Shown piece by piece: positions 37,779-46,800 of a DNA stretch of 64,000 nucleotides. Source of the DNA: a candidate division WOR-3 bacterium (GTDB lineage: Bacteria; Hydrothermota; UBA3073). The stretch spans positions 1,839 through 65,838 of the forward strand of contig JAGMCL010000039.1 of assembly GCA_023129165.1 (NCBI GenBank). Direction: 5' to 3'. A model generated the notes under the pieces. It was not told the origin of the DNA and made no database searches. It saw only the letters and a program-made list of their open reading frames with translations. Numbering within the stretch: the stretch's first letter is position 1; every line of letters starts with the position of its first letter. The position numbers and the translations under genes were made by a program.

Positions 37779-39212
37779 TTATTTTATACTTAGCTTTTTT
37801 AATTCCGAGTCCATCCACATTTGGGCTTGCTGTTCGTCTTTTTCGATAGCCATTTCAACGCCTTGTTTAGCAATGTCAAGTAACCGCTTTGAAAACTCAC
37901 GATTGCAAAAGGAATCATTAACCGTTTCGGCGATTTTCTTTTGTTTCCCAATTGGTAAAACAGGAATAAGTGTATTCTTAACCTGATCCACACGCCAGTG
38001 ATTTATAACCGAACCACCAGCGTCACGCTCTATCTGTTTTTGTACAATTACCGAATTCAACACCAGTGTCAAATACTCTGGATATAATTTATCTTCATCT
38101 TCAACTGTTAACCGCAATATGCCACCTGACGGAATCATTTTTTCTGGCTCATCTTTCAAATAATATGCAATGCCCGGAGTGGCGTCTTTTGATAACAATA
38201 TTTCACCCTTTTTCGGTTGATTTTGTTTTATTGTCCTGTATAATTCCTCGCTTAAATACTGTTGATTGCCATCCTTTAAGCCAAACTTTGAAAGATTGCT
38301 CACGCGCAAGAATAAAATTCCACTTTCTTGATATGCTCCACTTCCGGGCTCAATACATTTATTAATCGAGACTAAATCACCCAAACAATAATACCCTTTT
38401 GTTGAGATAATCCTTTGTACTATCTCATCATACACAGGCTGAAAGTACTCGGCATCATTTCGATCTGCGGATTGCGTGTCGGAGTAATTCTTCACAAATG
38501 AAAGCCGATGTTTCGGCCTCCAGTTTAACAAGTTAAGCTCGGATAAGAGCATCTGCTCGGCTTGAGAATAAAAAAGATGAGCAGATTGAATTTTATTGAA
38601 TGCTTTTGTGACTAAACCTGAGACAACTTTATAAAATATATCTAAAAAAACAGGTAAGCGTAAATTCTCAATGTCAGAAACATTTAATTTTGGCTGTGCG
38701 TTTCCGCTGATCAATCTTAATACTTGTATTTGACCAATTTTAGAATTTAAGTGGGATAAAATATAGTCTCTATAAAAATCCGGTAAATTCTCCGGTAATC
38801 TTATTCCAAGATTATTCTCGCTTATATTACAATTGCCGATTTCGGGTGTTACTTTTGAAACAACACCAATTGTATTACCAACTTTTGAAAGAACTAAGTC
38901 CCCAATTTTTAGTTGAGACGATGTGAGTCTTTTATTATCTTCTTCAGATATATAAATCAAATCATCTTTGGATATAAAAAAATCTTTTAAATCGGATATT
39001 CTGACAAATGGTATCCCGTTTGTTAGATATGCTTCGCTTTTTAAAGATGAGCCGAATGGTCCACTTACGACCTTACACCCTATCTCTTTTAATGTTTTTC
39101 CATGACGCTGGCTAATAATGCTTTCATACTTTAAGGCAGTAGGGTGAAAATATTCAGCATCAAGCCTGAATATACCTTTTACATCTTTAAATTTTACAAC
39201 TGAATATTGCAT
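37779..39212 (-). CDS. hsdS: Type I-like restriction-modification specificity subunit with two target-recognition domains.
   Basis: 477 aa with duplicated Methylase_S architecture: two variable TRDs separated by the conserved central/distal repeats (LSELNLLNWRP and the C-terminal EMAIEKDEQQAQMWMDSELKKL coiled coil). N-terminus typical of HsdS (GIFRLDAEYF...). Confidence 0.8.
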   Translation of the reverse strand: MQYSVVKFKDVKGIFRLDAEYFHPTALKYESIISQRHGKTLKEIGCKVVSGPFGSSLKSEAYLTNGIPFVRISDLKDFFISKDDLIYISEEDNKRLTSSQLKIGDLVLSKVGNTIGVVSKVTPEIGNCNISENNLGIRLPENLPDFYRDYILSHLNSKIGQIQVLRLISGNAQPKLNVSDIENLRLPVFLDIFYKVVSGLVTKAFNKIQSAHLFYSQAEQMLLSELNLLNWRPKHRLSFVKNYSDTQSADRNDAEYFQPVYDEIVQRIISTKGYYCLGDLVSINKCIEPGSGAYQESGILFLRVSNLSKFGLKDGNQQYLSEELYRTIKQNQPKKGEILLSKDATPGIAYYLKDEPEKMIPSGGILRLTVEDEDKLYPEYLTLVLNSVIVQKQIERDAGGSVINHWRVDQVKNTLIPVLPIGKQKKIAETVNDSFCNREFSKRLLDIAKQGVEMAIEKDEQQAQMWMDSELKKLSIK

Positions 39213-39214
39213 AG

Positions 39215-40051
39215 TTATTTATTAGTTATTTGAAAGATCGCCAACTTCAAAACCTGCCAGCATAATTTAGCCGTGTGCTCATCTGGATTAAATTGCTGAT
39301 TTGCTTGCTGATATGGGTGAATATAATTTCTAAAATCTCTCAATGAATGGCTGAATTTCTTTACATCTTCTTTTAAAAACCCAATTTCCTTAGCAACATC
39401 TATAAAATTACTTAGCGTCCATTTATGAAATTGTAAAACTTTTCCGTTTTTATCTTTTGGACTGGTTTTTGCCATATTGAATTTTTGCGGATTGCTTGTT
39501 GCAACACCAAGCAATATTCCTTCAAGCGTGCTTCCGCATAGAAAGATTGTTGCTAAAGCCGCTTTTGAATTTAAGCATTTTTTAATTTCTTCAAGTCTCT
39601 GCTCAAGTATACTCGTTATTATCCCATCTAATTTTAACGAACCAATTGAAACTTCATTAAATTCCTTTTTTAAAAATTCATCCTCTGTAATGTTTTTGTT
39701 TTGCGTTTGTTTACCAAGCAATCTATCACTAATCTTCTTAGCCTTGTCAATAAGATTTTGAGGGAAATCGTTTTGTTGAAGATTGTCAATTAAAATTTGG
39801 TTTTCAATGTACTCAACAAGTTTTTCTATAGATTTGCCAACTAAAGAATCGCCAGCCACTTGCCAAAAACCTCTCATGCAATTGGCTTTTGATCCGCTTG
39901 CATAGTTATATTTTTCATCGTAGATATTAATGCCGACATCATCATTAAAAAACTCCCCCATTGTCCTATCGGAGAAATTAAGGACATAACCTCCGCTCAT
40001 TTGAAAAAGCTTCTCTAACGCTTGCTTATCGTTTGTAGTTAGACTTGCCAT
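39215..40051 (-). CDS. HEPN-like (Abi/DUF4145-like) protein inserted between hsdM and hsdS.
   Basis: The C-terminal about 120 aa (ALATIFLCGSTLEGILLGVA...KFSHSLRDFRNYIHPYQQ...AKLCWQVLKLAIFQI) contains an R-x(4-6)-H HEPN-type motif in an all-helical context. The position between M and S genes matches the known tendency of HEPN/Abi genes to embed in type I RM operons. The N-terminal 150 aa is unassigned. Confidence 0.35.
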   Translation of the reverse strand: MASLTTNDKQALEKLFQMSGGYVLNFSDRTMGEFFNDDVGINIYDEKYNYASGSKANCMRGFWQVAGDSLVGKSIEKLVEYIENQILIDNLQQNDFPQNLIDKAKKISDRLLGKQTQNKNITEDEFLKKEFNEVSIGSLKLDGIITSILEQRLEEIKKCLNSKAALATIFLCGSTLEGILLGVATSNPQKFNMAKTSPKDKNGKVLQFHKWTLSNFIDVAKEIGFLKEDVKKFSHSLRDFRNYIHPYQQANQQFNPDEHTAKLCWQVLKLAIFQITNK

Positions 40052-40054
40052 GGA

Positions 40055-42145
40055 CTATCTCCAAAAACTTAATTTCTCTTTTTTCGCCCAATCAATAAAC
40101 GCTTCGGCAATACCATCTGCAAGCTCGCCGTTGTGATTTTGCAAGTCATGATCCACAATCAAATGACCAAATTTATCCAACATAGGCTTACCGTCACAAT
40201 TTTTGACATAAATATAATCCCCTGAATTATCTTTCCCCGCCTTCTCTGATACACCAAAAAATATTGGGTAATCTTTCTGTTTGGGACATAATTCATCATC
40301 CCATTTCTGAACGAACAACATGCTTGTCTTTGTGCCGGTATGAGGTTTAAAAGTATTTACATGCAGACCCACAACCGCAATGATTCGCGCCTTATCGGCA
40401 ATATATTCCCGAATGTCTTTATCCGATGTATTGTTAAATCTTCCTTGAGGTAAAACAATCGCCATACGTCCACCGGGCTTGATAAAATCAAGATTACGCT
40501 CGATAAAAAGAATATCCCGACCGACCTTTGACTTGGGCTTGTTTTTATTATTATAACCAAGCTCGTATTTATGGATTATACGGGATTCCTTAATATCTCC
40601 GGCAAAGGGTGGATTTGCCATCAAAATATCAAACAGAAAATCTGTATTTCCTTCGCTGTTTTTTTTCAATTCTTTTAAACGCTTATATCCGCCTCCATAA
40701 GTCTCGATCCAATTCGGATTTTTCGTTGTCTCGTCCCAACGGTCATAATCAAGTGTGTTTAAATGTAAAACATTTGTCTCACCGTCTCCTGCAATGAGAT
40801 TTAAGGTGCGTGCCACACGCACCACTTTCTCGTCGAAATCGATGCCGAACACTTTCAATACATCTTCTTTTTCTTCGGCAGATATCTCCTTGTTTTCGAA
40901 CAAATGGCCAGTTAAATAAAAAATTGTATGAACGGTAAATCCGCAGGATCCGGCAGCAGTATCGATCATATATTCGCCCTTTTTGGGATTGAGCATCTTA
41001 ACGCACATATCGATTACGTGACGAGGCGTAAAATACTGCCCTTTTTCACCTTTGGAAGATTTGCTGACCAAATATTCGAATGCCTCATCGATAACCTGTA
41101 AATTGGAATTGAAAAGCTTTACGTCTTGAAGGCTCGATATACATATGGAAAGATGCGAAGGTGAAAGATCGATTTTACTTTCATCGGGAAACACACCGGT
41201 CCATTTCCTTTTTGCTTCATCGAATAGCTTTTGAATTTTCTTTTTTAATTCTCCTTCCGACTGACCGGTATTCCTGAATTCCAGGATCCTGAACGATGAA
41301 TCATCCACCCCTTGAATAGCTTCTTTGATTTCATCGAATGAATTTTCTTTCGGCTTTCCATATTTAGCTTTAGGCTCGGCAATCATAGGATAATCTTTAT
41401 CCCTTAAAAAATAATTTATAACCACCCTATCCTTCTGGCTTTTGTGTTCATCATATAATTTAGTGAATATCAGCTTAAAAACTTCTTCGAATACATCGAC
41501 TCCAGCATTGGCAAGAACCTCATCTTCCATATCCTGGATAATCGTCTTGAGGGATTTCCCCTCCGAAGGAATTTTATCTTTGATAATTAGGTCTTTAATC
41601 GTATATCGTTCTTTAAGGATATCCGCAAGAGTCTGACTGGCATTTGGAATATCGGTTATATCCTCGAAAAAATTAGGGTCTTTGCGGTTATAATGGGAAA
41701 TCTGACCTCCGTTTGTCCATACGGCTATAGGCGCACCAGTAGCATTACAATAACTCTTGAGCTGTTCCTTGCCATCTTTCAGCTTGGGTTTTTTAACCTC
41801 GATGATGATATATTCGATGGTCGGACGCTCTTTATCGAAAACTACGATATCGGAAGATTTCGTCTGCCGTCCAAACTGCACAGGATGCTCGAATCTAATT
41901 CTTTTCTTGGGATAGCCATAATAATTTATCAATTTTGCAGTATAAAGCTGGCGTACGACTTCTTCGGGTTTAAGTTGAATTTCCTTTTCTCGAATTATGC
42001 ACTCCACATATAGCTTGCCTTTTTTTTCGATAATCTTTTTCTCAAGAACCGTTATTTCTTCAGGCGCAAATATCGAAAGATTGTATTGTGAATCTTTTAA
42101 TATGGAAAGCAGAGTAATTTTATCGTCACTTTTTGCCATAAACAC
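40055..42145 (-). CDS. hsdM: N6-adenine DNA methyltransferase (HsdM-like, gamma class) fused to an N-terminal PD-(D/E)xK (HSDR_N-like) nuclease domain.
   Basis: N-terminal about 170 aa: ...SDIVVFDKERPTIEYIIIEVKKPKLK (D...E-V-K nuclease signature) within an HSDR_N-like fold. Then the HsdM N-domain and catalytic domain with motif I (IDTAAGSCGF) and motif IV NPPF (MANPPFAGD). 696 aa, versus about 500 aa for a plain HsdM. Confidence 0.75.
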   Translation of the reverse strand: MFMAKSDDKITLLSILKDSQYNLSIFAPEEITVLEKKIIEKKGKLYVECIIREKEIQLKPEEVVRQLYTAKLINYYGYPKKRIRFEHPVQFGRQTKSSDIVVFDKERPTIEYIIIEVKKPKLKDGKEQLKSYCNATGAPIAVWTNGGQISHYNRKDPNFFEDITDIPNASQTLADILKERYTIKDLIIKDKIPSEGKSLKTIIQDMEDEVLANAGVDVFEEVFKLIFTKLYDEHKSQKDRVVINYFLRDKDYPMIAEPKAKYGKPKENSFDEIKEAIQGVDDSSFRILEFRNTGQSEGELKKKIQKLFDEAKRKWTGVFPDESKIDLSPSHLSICISSLQDVKLFNSNLQVIDEAFEYLVSKSSKGEKGQYFTPRHVIDMCVKMLNPKKGEYMIDTAAGSCGFTVHTIFYLTGHLFENKEISAEEKEDVLKVFGIDFDEKVVRVARTLNLIAGDGETNVLHLNTLDYDRWDETTKNPNWIETYGGGYKRLKELKKNSEGNTDFLFDILMANPPFAGDIKESRIIHKYELGYNNKNKPKSKVGRDILFIERNLDFIKPGGRMAIVLPQGRFNNTSDKDIREYIADKARIIAVVGLHVNTFKPHTGTKTSMLFVQKWDDELCPKQKDYPIFFGVSEKAGKDNSGDYIYVKNCDGKPMLDKFGHLIVDHDLQNHNGELADGIAEAFIDWAKKEKLSFWR

Positions 42146-42463
42146 CTCGTTTCTTCAAAAACTTTTCGATGTGATAGGACTGTATCTTGTTAGGATTGTT
42201 GGAATGTCAATATGTACAACATATTATAACACGAAACTCAGAGAATGTCAAGCAATTGAGTTAAATTGTCGTATTACTAAACTATACAATAGTTTACAAC
42301 AATTTTATGGTTCATAAATGGACAATTCTCAAGAATTTTTTAGTGTTTTTCGGATTAGATTCAAGATACATAATAATCAATACTGAAGAATTTAGAAACA
42401 GGTCTTCCAGTATGAAGAGTGAAGAAACAATTGTAATCTGCGGCAATCTGCGTCCTATTATTC

Positions 42464-44011
42464 TCACACCTTCTCTGTTATAGCCTTTGCCTGGAGGAAA
42501 AAGAGAAGATAATCCCTTGAGCCTGTTTTCGTATCAGTTCCAGAAAGGTTAAACCCGCCAAAAGGATGAACTCCTACAAGAGCACCTGTGCATTTTCTGT
42601 TTATATATAGGTTTCCAACATGGAATTCTACCTTTGCCCTTTCTATCTTTTCTCTGTTATTTGTATATACTGCACCAGTTAGTCCATAATCCGTACCATT
42701 TGCTATATCCATAGCATCATCGAAATCCTTTGCGGGTATGACTGCAAGTACTGGACCAAATATCTCTTCCTGTGCTATTCTTGCGTTGGGGTTTAAATCG
42801 GTTATTATAGTGGGCTTTATATAGTATCCATCGCCTTCAGCAGGTTCACCACCAAGAACGAGTTTTCCTTCTTTTTTACCAACTTCTATATATTCAAGAA
42901 TGCTTCTATATGCCCGTTCATTTATTACTGCACCCATGAAGTTTTCAGGGTCTTCTGGTGGTCCTTGTTTTATCTTCTTTCCTTTTTGTACAAGTTTATC
43001 GATGAATTCGTTGTAAATTTCATCAAGAACTATAGCTCTTGAACAGGCTGAGCATTTCTGACCCTGGTATCCAAATGCTGCTACAATTACTCCATTCACT
43101 GCAGAATCAAGGTCTGTTTCAGAATCCACTATAATCGTATCTTTACCACCCATCTCAGCTATAACTCTCTTTATCCATTTCTGACCTTTGGATAGTTTGG
43201 CAGCAAGCTCCACTATTCTTAGGCCTACTGCCTTAGAACCTGTAAATGTTATAAATCGTGTCTTTGGAGAATTCACAAGAATATCACCAATCTTACCTCC
43301 GCTTCCTGGTAGGTAGTTTACAACACCATCAGGTACACCAGCTTCCTCAACGATTTCCATGAACTTCGCACCTGTAACAGGAGAATCACTTGATGGTTTT
43401 AAAACAACAGTGTTACCTGCTCCAAATGCAGCGGCTGTCATACCAGTAAGTATAGACATTGGAAAGTTCCAGGGTGGTATAGATACTCCAACTCCAAGTG
43501 GTATATACCACATCTCAGGCTTTTCACCAGGAAATGGAGTTATATCGCCTCCCTTACCGTATCTAATGACCTCCCTGGCATAATAGTCAAGAAAGTCTAT
43601 TGCTTCTGCAATATCTCCATCTGCCTCAGGCCAGGATTTTCCAACTTCATATACGAGCCAGGCATCAAGTTCGTATCTCATTCTTCTCATTATATCTGCC
43701 ATTTTAAAGAGGTATTCTGCTCTTTCCTCTGCTTTTGTATATCTCCATTTTTTAAAGGCCTCCGTTGCTACTTCGAGTGCTCTCTCTGCGTCTTCTACAG
43801 ATGAGTTCTCAACTATTCCTACAACATCGTCCTTGTGGGATGGATTTATAGATTTTATAGGTGTTACAATTTTACCTTTCTTTCCCCCGATTATGTTGGG
43901 ATACTCTTTGCCCAATTCACCCTTTACTTTTGTCAGGGCATTCTGCATCATTTTTTTATTCTCGTCGTTTTTGAAGTCTATAATAACTTCGTTTTTGAAA
44001 TCTCCCCTCAT
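42464..44011 (-). CDS. rocA: L-glutamate gamma-semialdehyde (1-pyrroline-5-carboxylate) dehydrogenase, aldehyde dehydrogenase family.
   Basis: 515 aa. The N-terminus (KNEVIIDFKNDENKKMMQNALTKVKGELGKEYPNIIGGKK) matches RocA/PruA. Catalytic Cys region (GQKCSACSRAIV) and Glu (AEMGGKD). Confidence 0.8.
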   Translation of the reverse strand: MRGDFKNEVIIDFKNDENKKMMQNALTKVKGELGKEYPNIIGGKKGKIVTPIKSINPSHKDDVVGIVENSSVEDAERALEVATEAFKKWRYTKAEERAEYLFKMADIMRRMRYELDAWLVYEVGKSWPEADGDIAEAIDFLDYYAREVIRYGKGGDITPFPGEKPEMWYIPLGVGVSIPPWNFPMSILTGMTAAAFGAGNTVVLKPSSDSPVTGAKFMEIVEEAGVPDGVVNYLPGSGGKIGDILVNSPKTRFITFTGSKAVGLRIVELAAKLSKGQKWIKRVIAEMGGKDTIIVDSETDLDSAVNGVIVAAFGYQGQKCSACSRAIVLDEIYNEFIDKLVQKGKKIKQGPPEDPENFMGAVINERAYRSILEYIEVGKKEGKLVLGGEPAEGDGYYIKPTIITDLNPNARIAQEEIFGPVLAVIPAKDFDDAMDIANGTDYGLTGAVYTNNREKIERAKVEFHVGNLYINRKCTGALVGVHPFGGFNLSGTDTKTGSRDYLLFFLQAKAITEKV

Positions 44012-44100
44012 AAAACCCCCGATATAAAATCAAAAATCAAATATTAAATATTAAAATTAGACATTATCCTAAAGTGTTGTGATGACTAACAATAGGGCAA

Positions 44101-44243
44101 CTGTCATTGCAAGTCTCTACGAACTTGGCAATCTTATCTACTCAATCTGTCATTGCGAGTGAATAAAATGAACGCGGCAATCTCATATGTGATATAATTC
44201 AGTAAAAAGCGATTGCTTCATCCTTACGGATTCGCAATGACAG
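44101..44243. repeat. Cluster of GTCATTGCGAG-family motifs in both orientations, between radC and rocA.
   Basis: ctgtcattgcaag (44101), ctgtcattgcgag (44147), gcgattgcttc (44209) and ggattcgcaatgacag (44228). Related copies lie at 10478-10528, 46840-46874 and 57954-57969. Confidence 0.75.
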
Positions 44244-44328
44244 AAAAGACCCGTATCACGTAACTTTGAGACACTCCCTAAAATCAAATATCAAAAATAA
44301 CCCAATGACGAGTGACCAATGATCGACT

Positions 44329-45012
44329 TTATAGCAATTTCTCAGATGCAAAGCTGAAGTATTTATTATCTCCAATTATAATATGGTCCAAAACCCTAAT
44401 ATCTACTGGGTTAAGTGCATTTACAACATCTTGAGTTATCGTTTTGTCTTCAGGTGATGGGGTTGGATCTCCTGATGGATGGTTGTGTACGAGAATGACA
44501 GAACTTGCGTTCTTTTTTAAAGCAGTTTTTACAATTTCCCTGGGATAAACAGCTGATGAGTCGACTGTTCCATTAAATAGATTATCTATATCAAGTAGCC
44601 TGTTTTTGATATCTAAAAAAAGAATTTTGAAGACCTCTTTTTTAATACCTCTCATTGAAACATATAGATAGTCAAATACATCCTGTGGATTTTTATAAAC
44701 ATCATTCTTTAAAATTTTATCTTTGAGATATCTTTCTGTTACCTCTTTTATTAATCTTATACCGAAGATATTTTTAGGACCTATACCACATACCCTCCGT
44801 AGCTCATCAGGTTCTCCCTCTATAACACCACGCAATGTCTTGAATTTTTTTATAAGTATCTTGGCTTCTTGTTTACAATCCTTTCTCGGAGTACCAAGGG
44901 TTAGTAAGAGTTCTACAATCTCATAATCATGCAACCCTAATAGTCCCGACATAATAAATTTATCTCGCAGTCTCTTCCTATGTCCTTCTCTGGTATCCAT
45001 AATAGATATCAA
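44329..45012 (-). CDS. radC: RadC-like JAB/MPN domain protein (UPF0758).
   Basis: C-terminal JAMM-like motif (ASSVILVHNHPSGDPTPSPEDKTITQ) plus the N-terminal helix-hairpin-helix region typical of RadC. Confidence 0.8.
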   Translation of the reverse strand: MISIMDTREGHRKRLRDKFIMSGLLGLHDYEIVELLLTLGTPRKDCKQEAKILIKKFKTLRGVIEGEPDELRRVCGIGPKNIFGIRLIKEVTERYLKDKILKNDVYKNPQDVFDYLYVSMRGIKKEVFKILFLDIKNRLLDIDNLFNGTVDSSAVYPREIVKTALKKNASSVILVHNHPSGDPTPSPEDKTITQDVVNALNPVDIRVLDHIIIGDNKYFSFASEKLL

Positions 45013-45047
45013 AATTGCAAATCAAAATTCAAAAACTTGGGCAACAC

Positions 45048-45773
45048 CTACACCTCAAAAACATTTATAACCTCTTCCCCAAGCATATCAATGATTTTTA
45101 CTGCAACTTGGGTTTTAGATTCTGGGATTTCAATTTCATATTTTCCTTTTACTAAGTCGTTTTTTCTTTCTGGAACATCGGAGTAAACGATATGGAAGGT
45201 TTTGCCATCGTAATTTTTATCAATTAAAACTGTATCAATCATAGATCTATAATCGGGGATTTTTACCTTGAAGAGTTTATTGTCAATGTTAAGACGTTCA
45301 ATTATTGTGGGAGAGATAAAGTTCTGAATCTCCACTAATGTCTTTGTCTTATCAATCCTTTCAACTTTTATTTTTGCTTCTGCGGGCTTGTGGATTAAGA
45401 AATTACCATATTTTTTATTTGTCTTTAACTCAATTACTTTAATCTTATTTACAGGATGTTTCTTGTTCCACTCATCAATCCAGGGGTCAACCGCTAATTC
45501 TTTGCCAAGACAGACAATAGTTATATCCCTATCTTCAGTTGGTCTTTTCTTTAATTCATCTTGAAGAAGTTGTAAGTCAAGAAGTGTTAGGGGATGATTA
45601 AAATCAATAATTTTTACGAGATTTTTCCCTAAATATCCATCAAAAAATCTATCGGTTCGTGTCCTTTGAATTCCAATATGCTGGACTGCAAGTTCAATTG
45701 CCTCGGTTTTTAAAAGTTGCAAATCATAGTCGTTAACCTTATAGATACCGAAAGAATAATACTTCTTACACAT
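45048..45773 (-). CDS. Hypothetical protein in the defence operon; unassigned.
   Basis: 241 aa. Overlaps the upstream DUF1016 gene by 8 nt. I recognise no motif. Confidence 0.3.
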   Translation of the reverse strand: MCKKYYSFGIYKVNDYDLQLLKTEAIELAVQHIGIQRTRTDRFFDGYLGKNLVKIIDFNHPLTLLDLQLLQDELKKRPTEDRDITIVCLGKELAVDPWIDEWNKKHPVNKIKVIELKTNKKYGNFLIHKPAEAKIKVERIDKTKTLVEIQNFISPTIIERLNIDNKLFKVKIPDYRSMIDTVLIDKNYDGKTFHIVYSDVPERKNDLVKGKYEIEIPESKTQVAVKIIDMLGEEVINVFEV

Positions 45774-46800
45774 CTTTTGCCTCCAGTTTTAATTGTGCAG
45801 TTTGTATGGCTTTATGTAATTTTTCAGCAAATAATTCTTTTGGTGGCAATTTTGTCAGGTATTCCGCTACTTTTATTCTATCCTTTGGTAAAAATAGAAG
45901 TTCTATCTGCTCTTTACCTTTTTCAGCACAGAGTATAAGTCCAACAGGTGGATTCTCTCCTTCAAGCATTTCATATTTCTCTAAATATCTGAGATAAAGT
46001 TCCATCTGACCTTTGTAGTCTGCTTTAAATTTCCCAAGTTTTAAGTCTATCACTATGAAGCATCTTAATTTTCTGTGGTAAAATACCAAATCCATATAGT
46101 AATCCTCGTTATCAACAGTAATTCTTTTCTGTCTTGCCACAAAATAGAAATCTTTTCCTAATTCAAGGATAAATTTCTCAAGGGCATTCAATATTGCTCT
46201 TTCTAAATCTCTTTCACTATAAGTATCGCTGAGTTCTAAAAAGTCCAATACATAAGGGTCTCTAAAAACTAATTCTGGTGTCATTTTGTCTTTTTCTTTT
46301 AGTTCTTTTAATTGCATTTTTATAGTCTTTTCTGGAAGTTTTGACAATGCGGTTCTTTCATAAAGCATACTATTCATTCTTTCCTGAAGTGTGCGTGTGC
46401 TCCAGTGTTCTTTCAAGCATAAGGTAGCGTAAAATTCTCGTTTTAATTTATCTTTTGTTGGCAAAAGAGTTCTAATATGTGTCCAACTCAGCCCTTCTAA
46501 TTCTCCACGCAGTGCGTGGAGAATTGGGTAGCTTTCATATAACTGAATCATATACCACAAATTTTGTGTTGAATATCCTTTACCGTATTTTTGTGTTAAT
46601 AGTGAACTAACCGAGTTCACTATCTTTTTCCCATACTCAGCCCTATATGACTTTATTATCTCTTCTTTGACTGTCTTACCTATGTTCCAGTAGAGCAACA
46701 CCATCTCCTGATTGATAGTAGTGGCAACTTTTCTTCTTGCCTGTTCTATCAAGCCAGAAATTTTGTCAAACAGACCTTTACCTTTCTCAATTTTATTCAT
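45766..46800 (-). CDS. DUF1016/YhcG-family PD-(D/E)xK nuclease-fold protein.
   Basis: Matches the YhcG pattern: N-terminal helical domain (LSWTHIRTLL) and C-terminal PDDEXK core (GKDFYFVARQKRITVDNEDYYMDLVFYHRKLRCFIVIDLKLGKFKADYKGQMELYLRYL). Confidence 0.7.
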   Translation of the reverse strand: MNKIEKGKGLFDKISGLIEQARRKVATTINQEMVLLYWNIGKTVKEEIIKSYRAEYGKKIVNSVSSLLTQKYGKGYSTQNLWYMIQLYESYPILHALRGELEGLSWTHIRTLLPTKDKLKREFYATLCLKEHWSTRTLQERMNSMLYERTALSKLPEKTIKMQLKELKEKDKMTPELVFRDPYVLDFLELSDTYSERDLERAILNALEKFILELGKDFYFVARQKRITVDNEDYYMDLVFYHRKLRCFIVIDLKLGKFKADYKGQMELYLRYLEKYEMLEGENPPVGLILCAEKGKEQIELLFLPKDRIKVAEYLTKLPPKELFAEKLHKAIQTAQLKLEAKDV

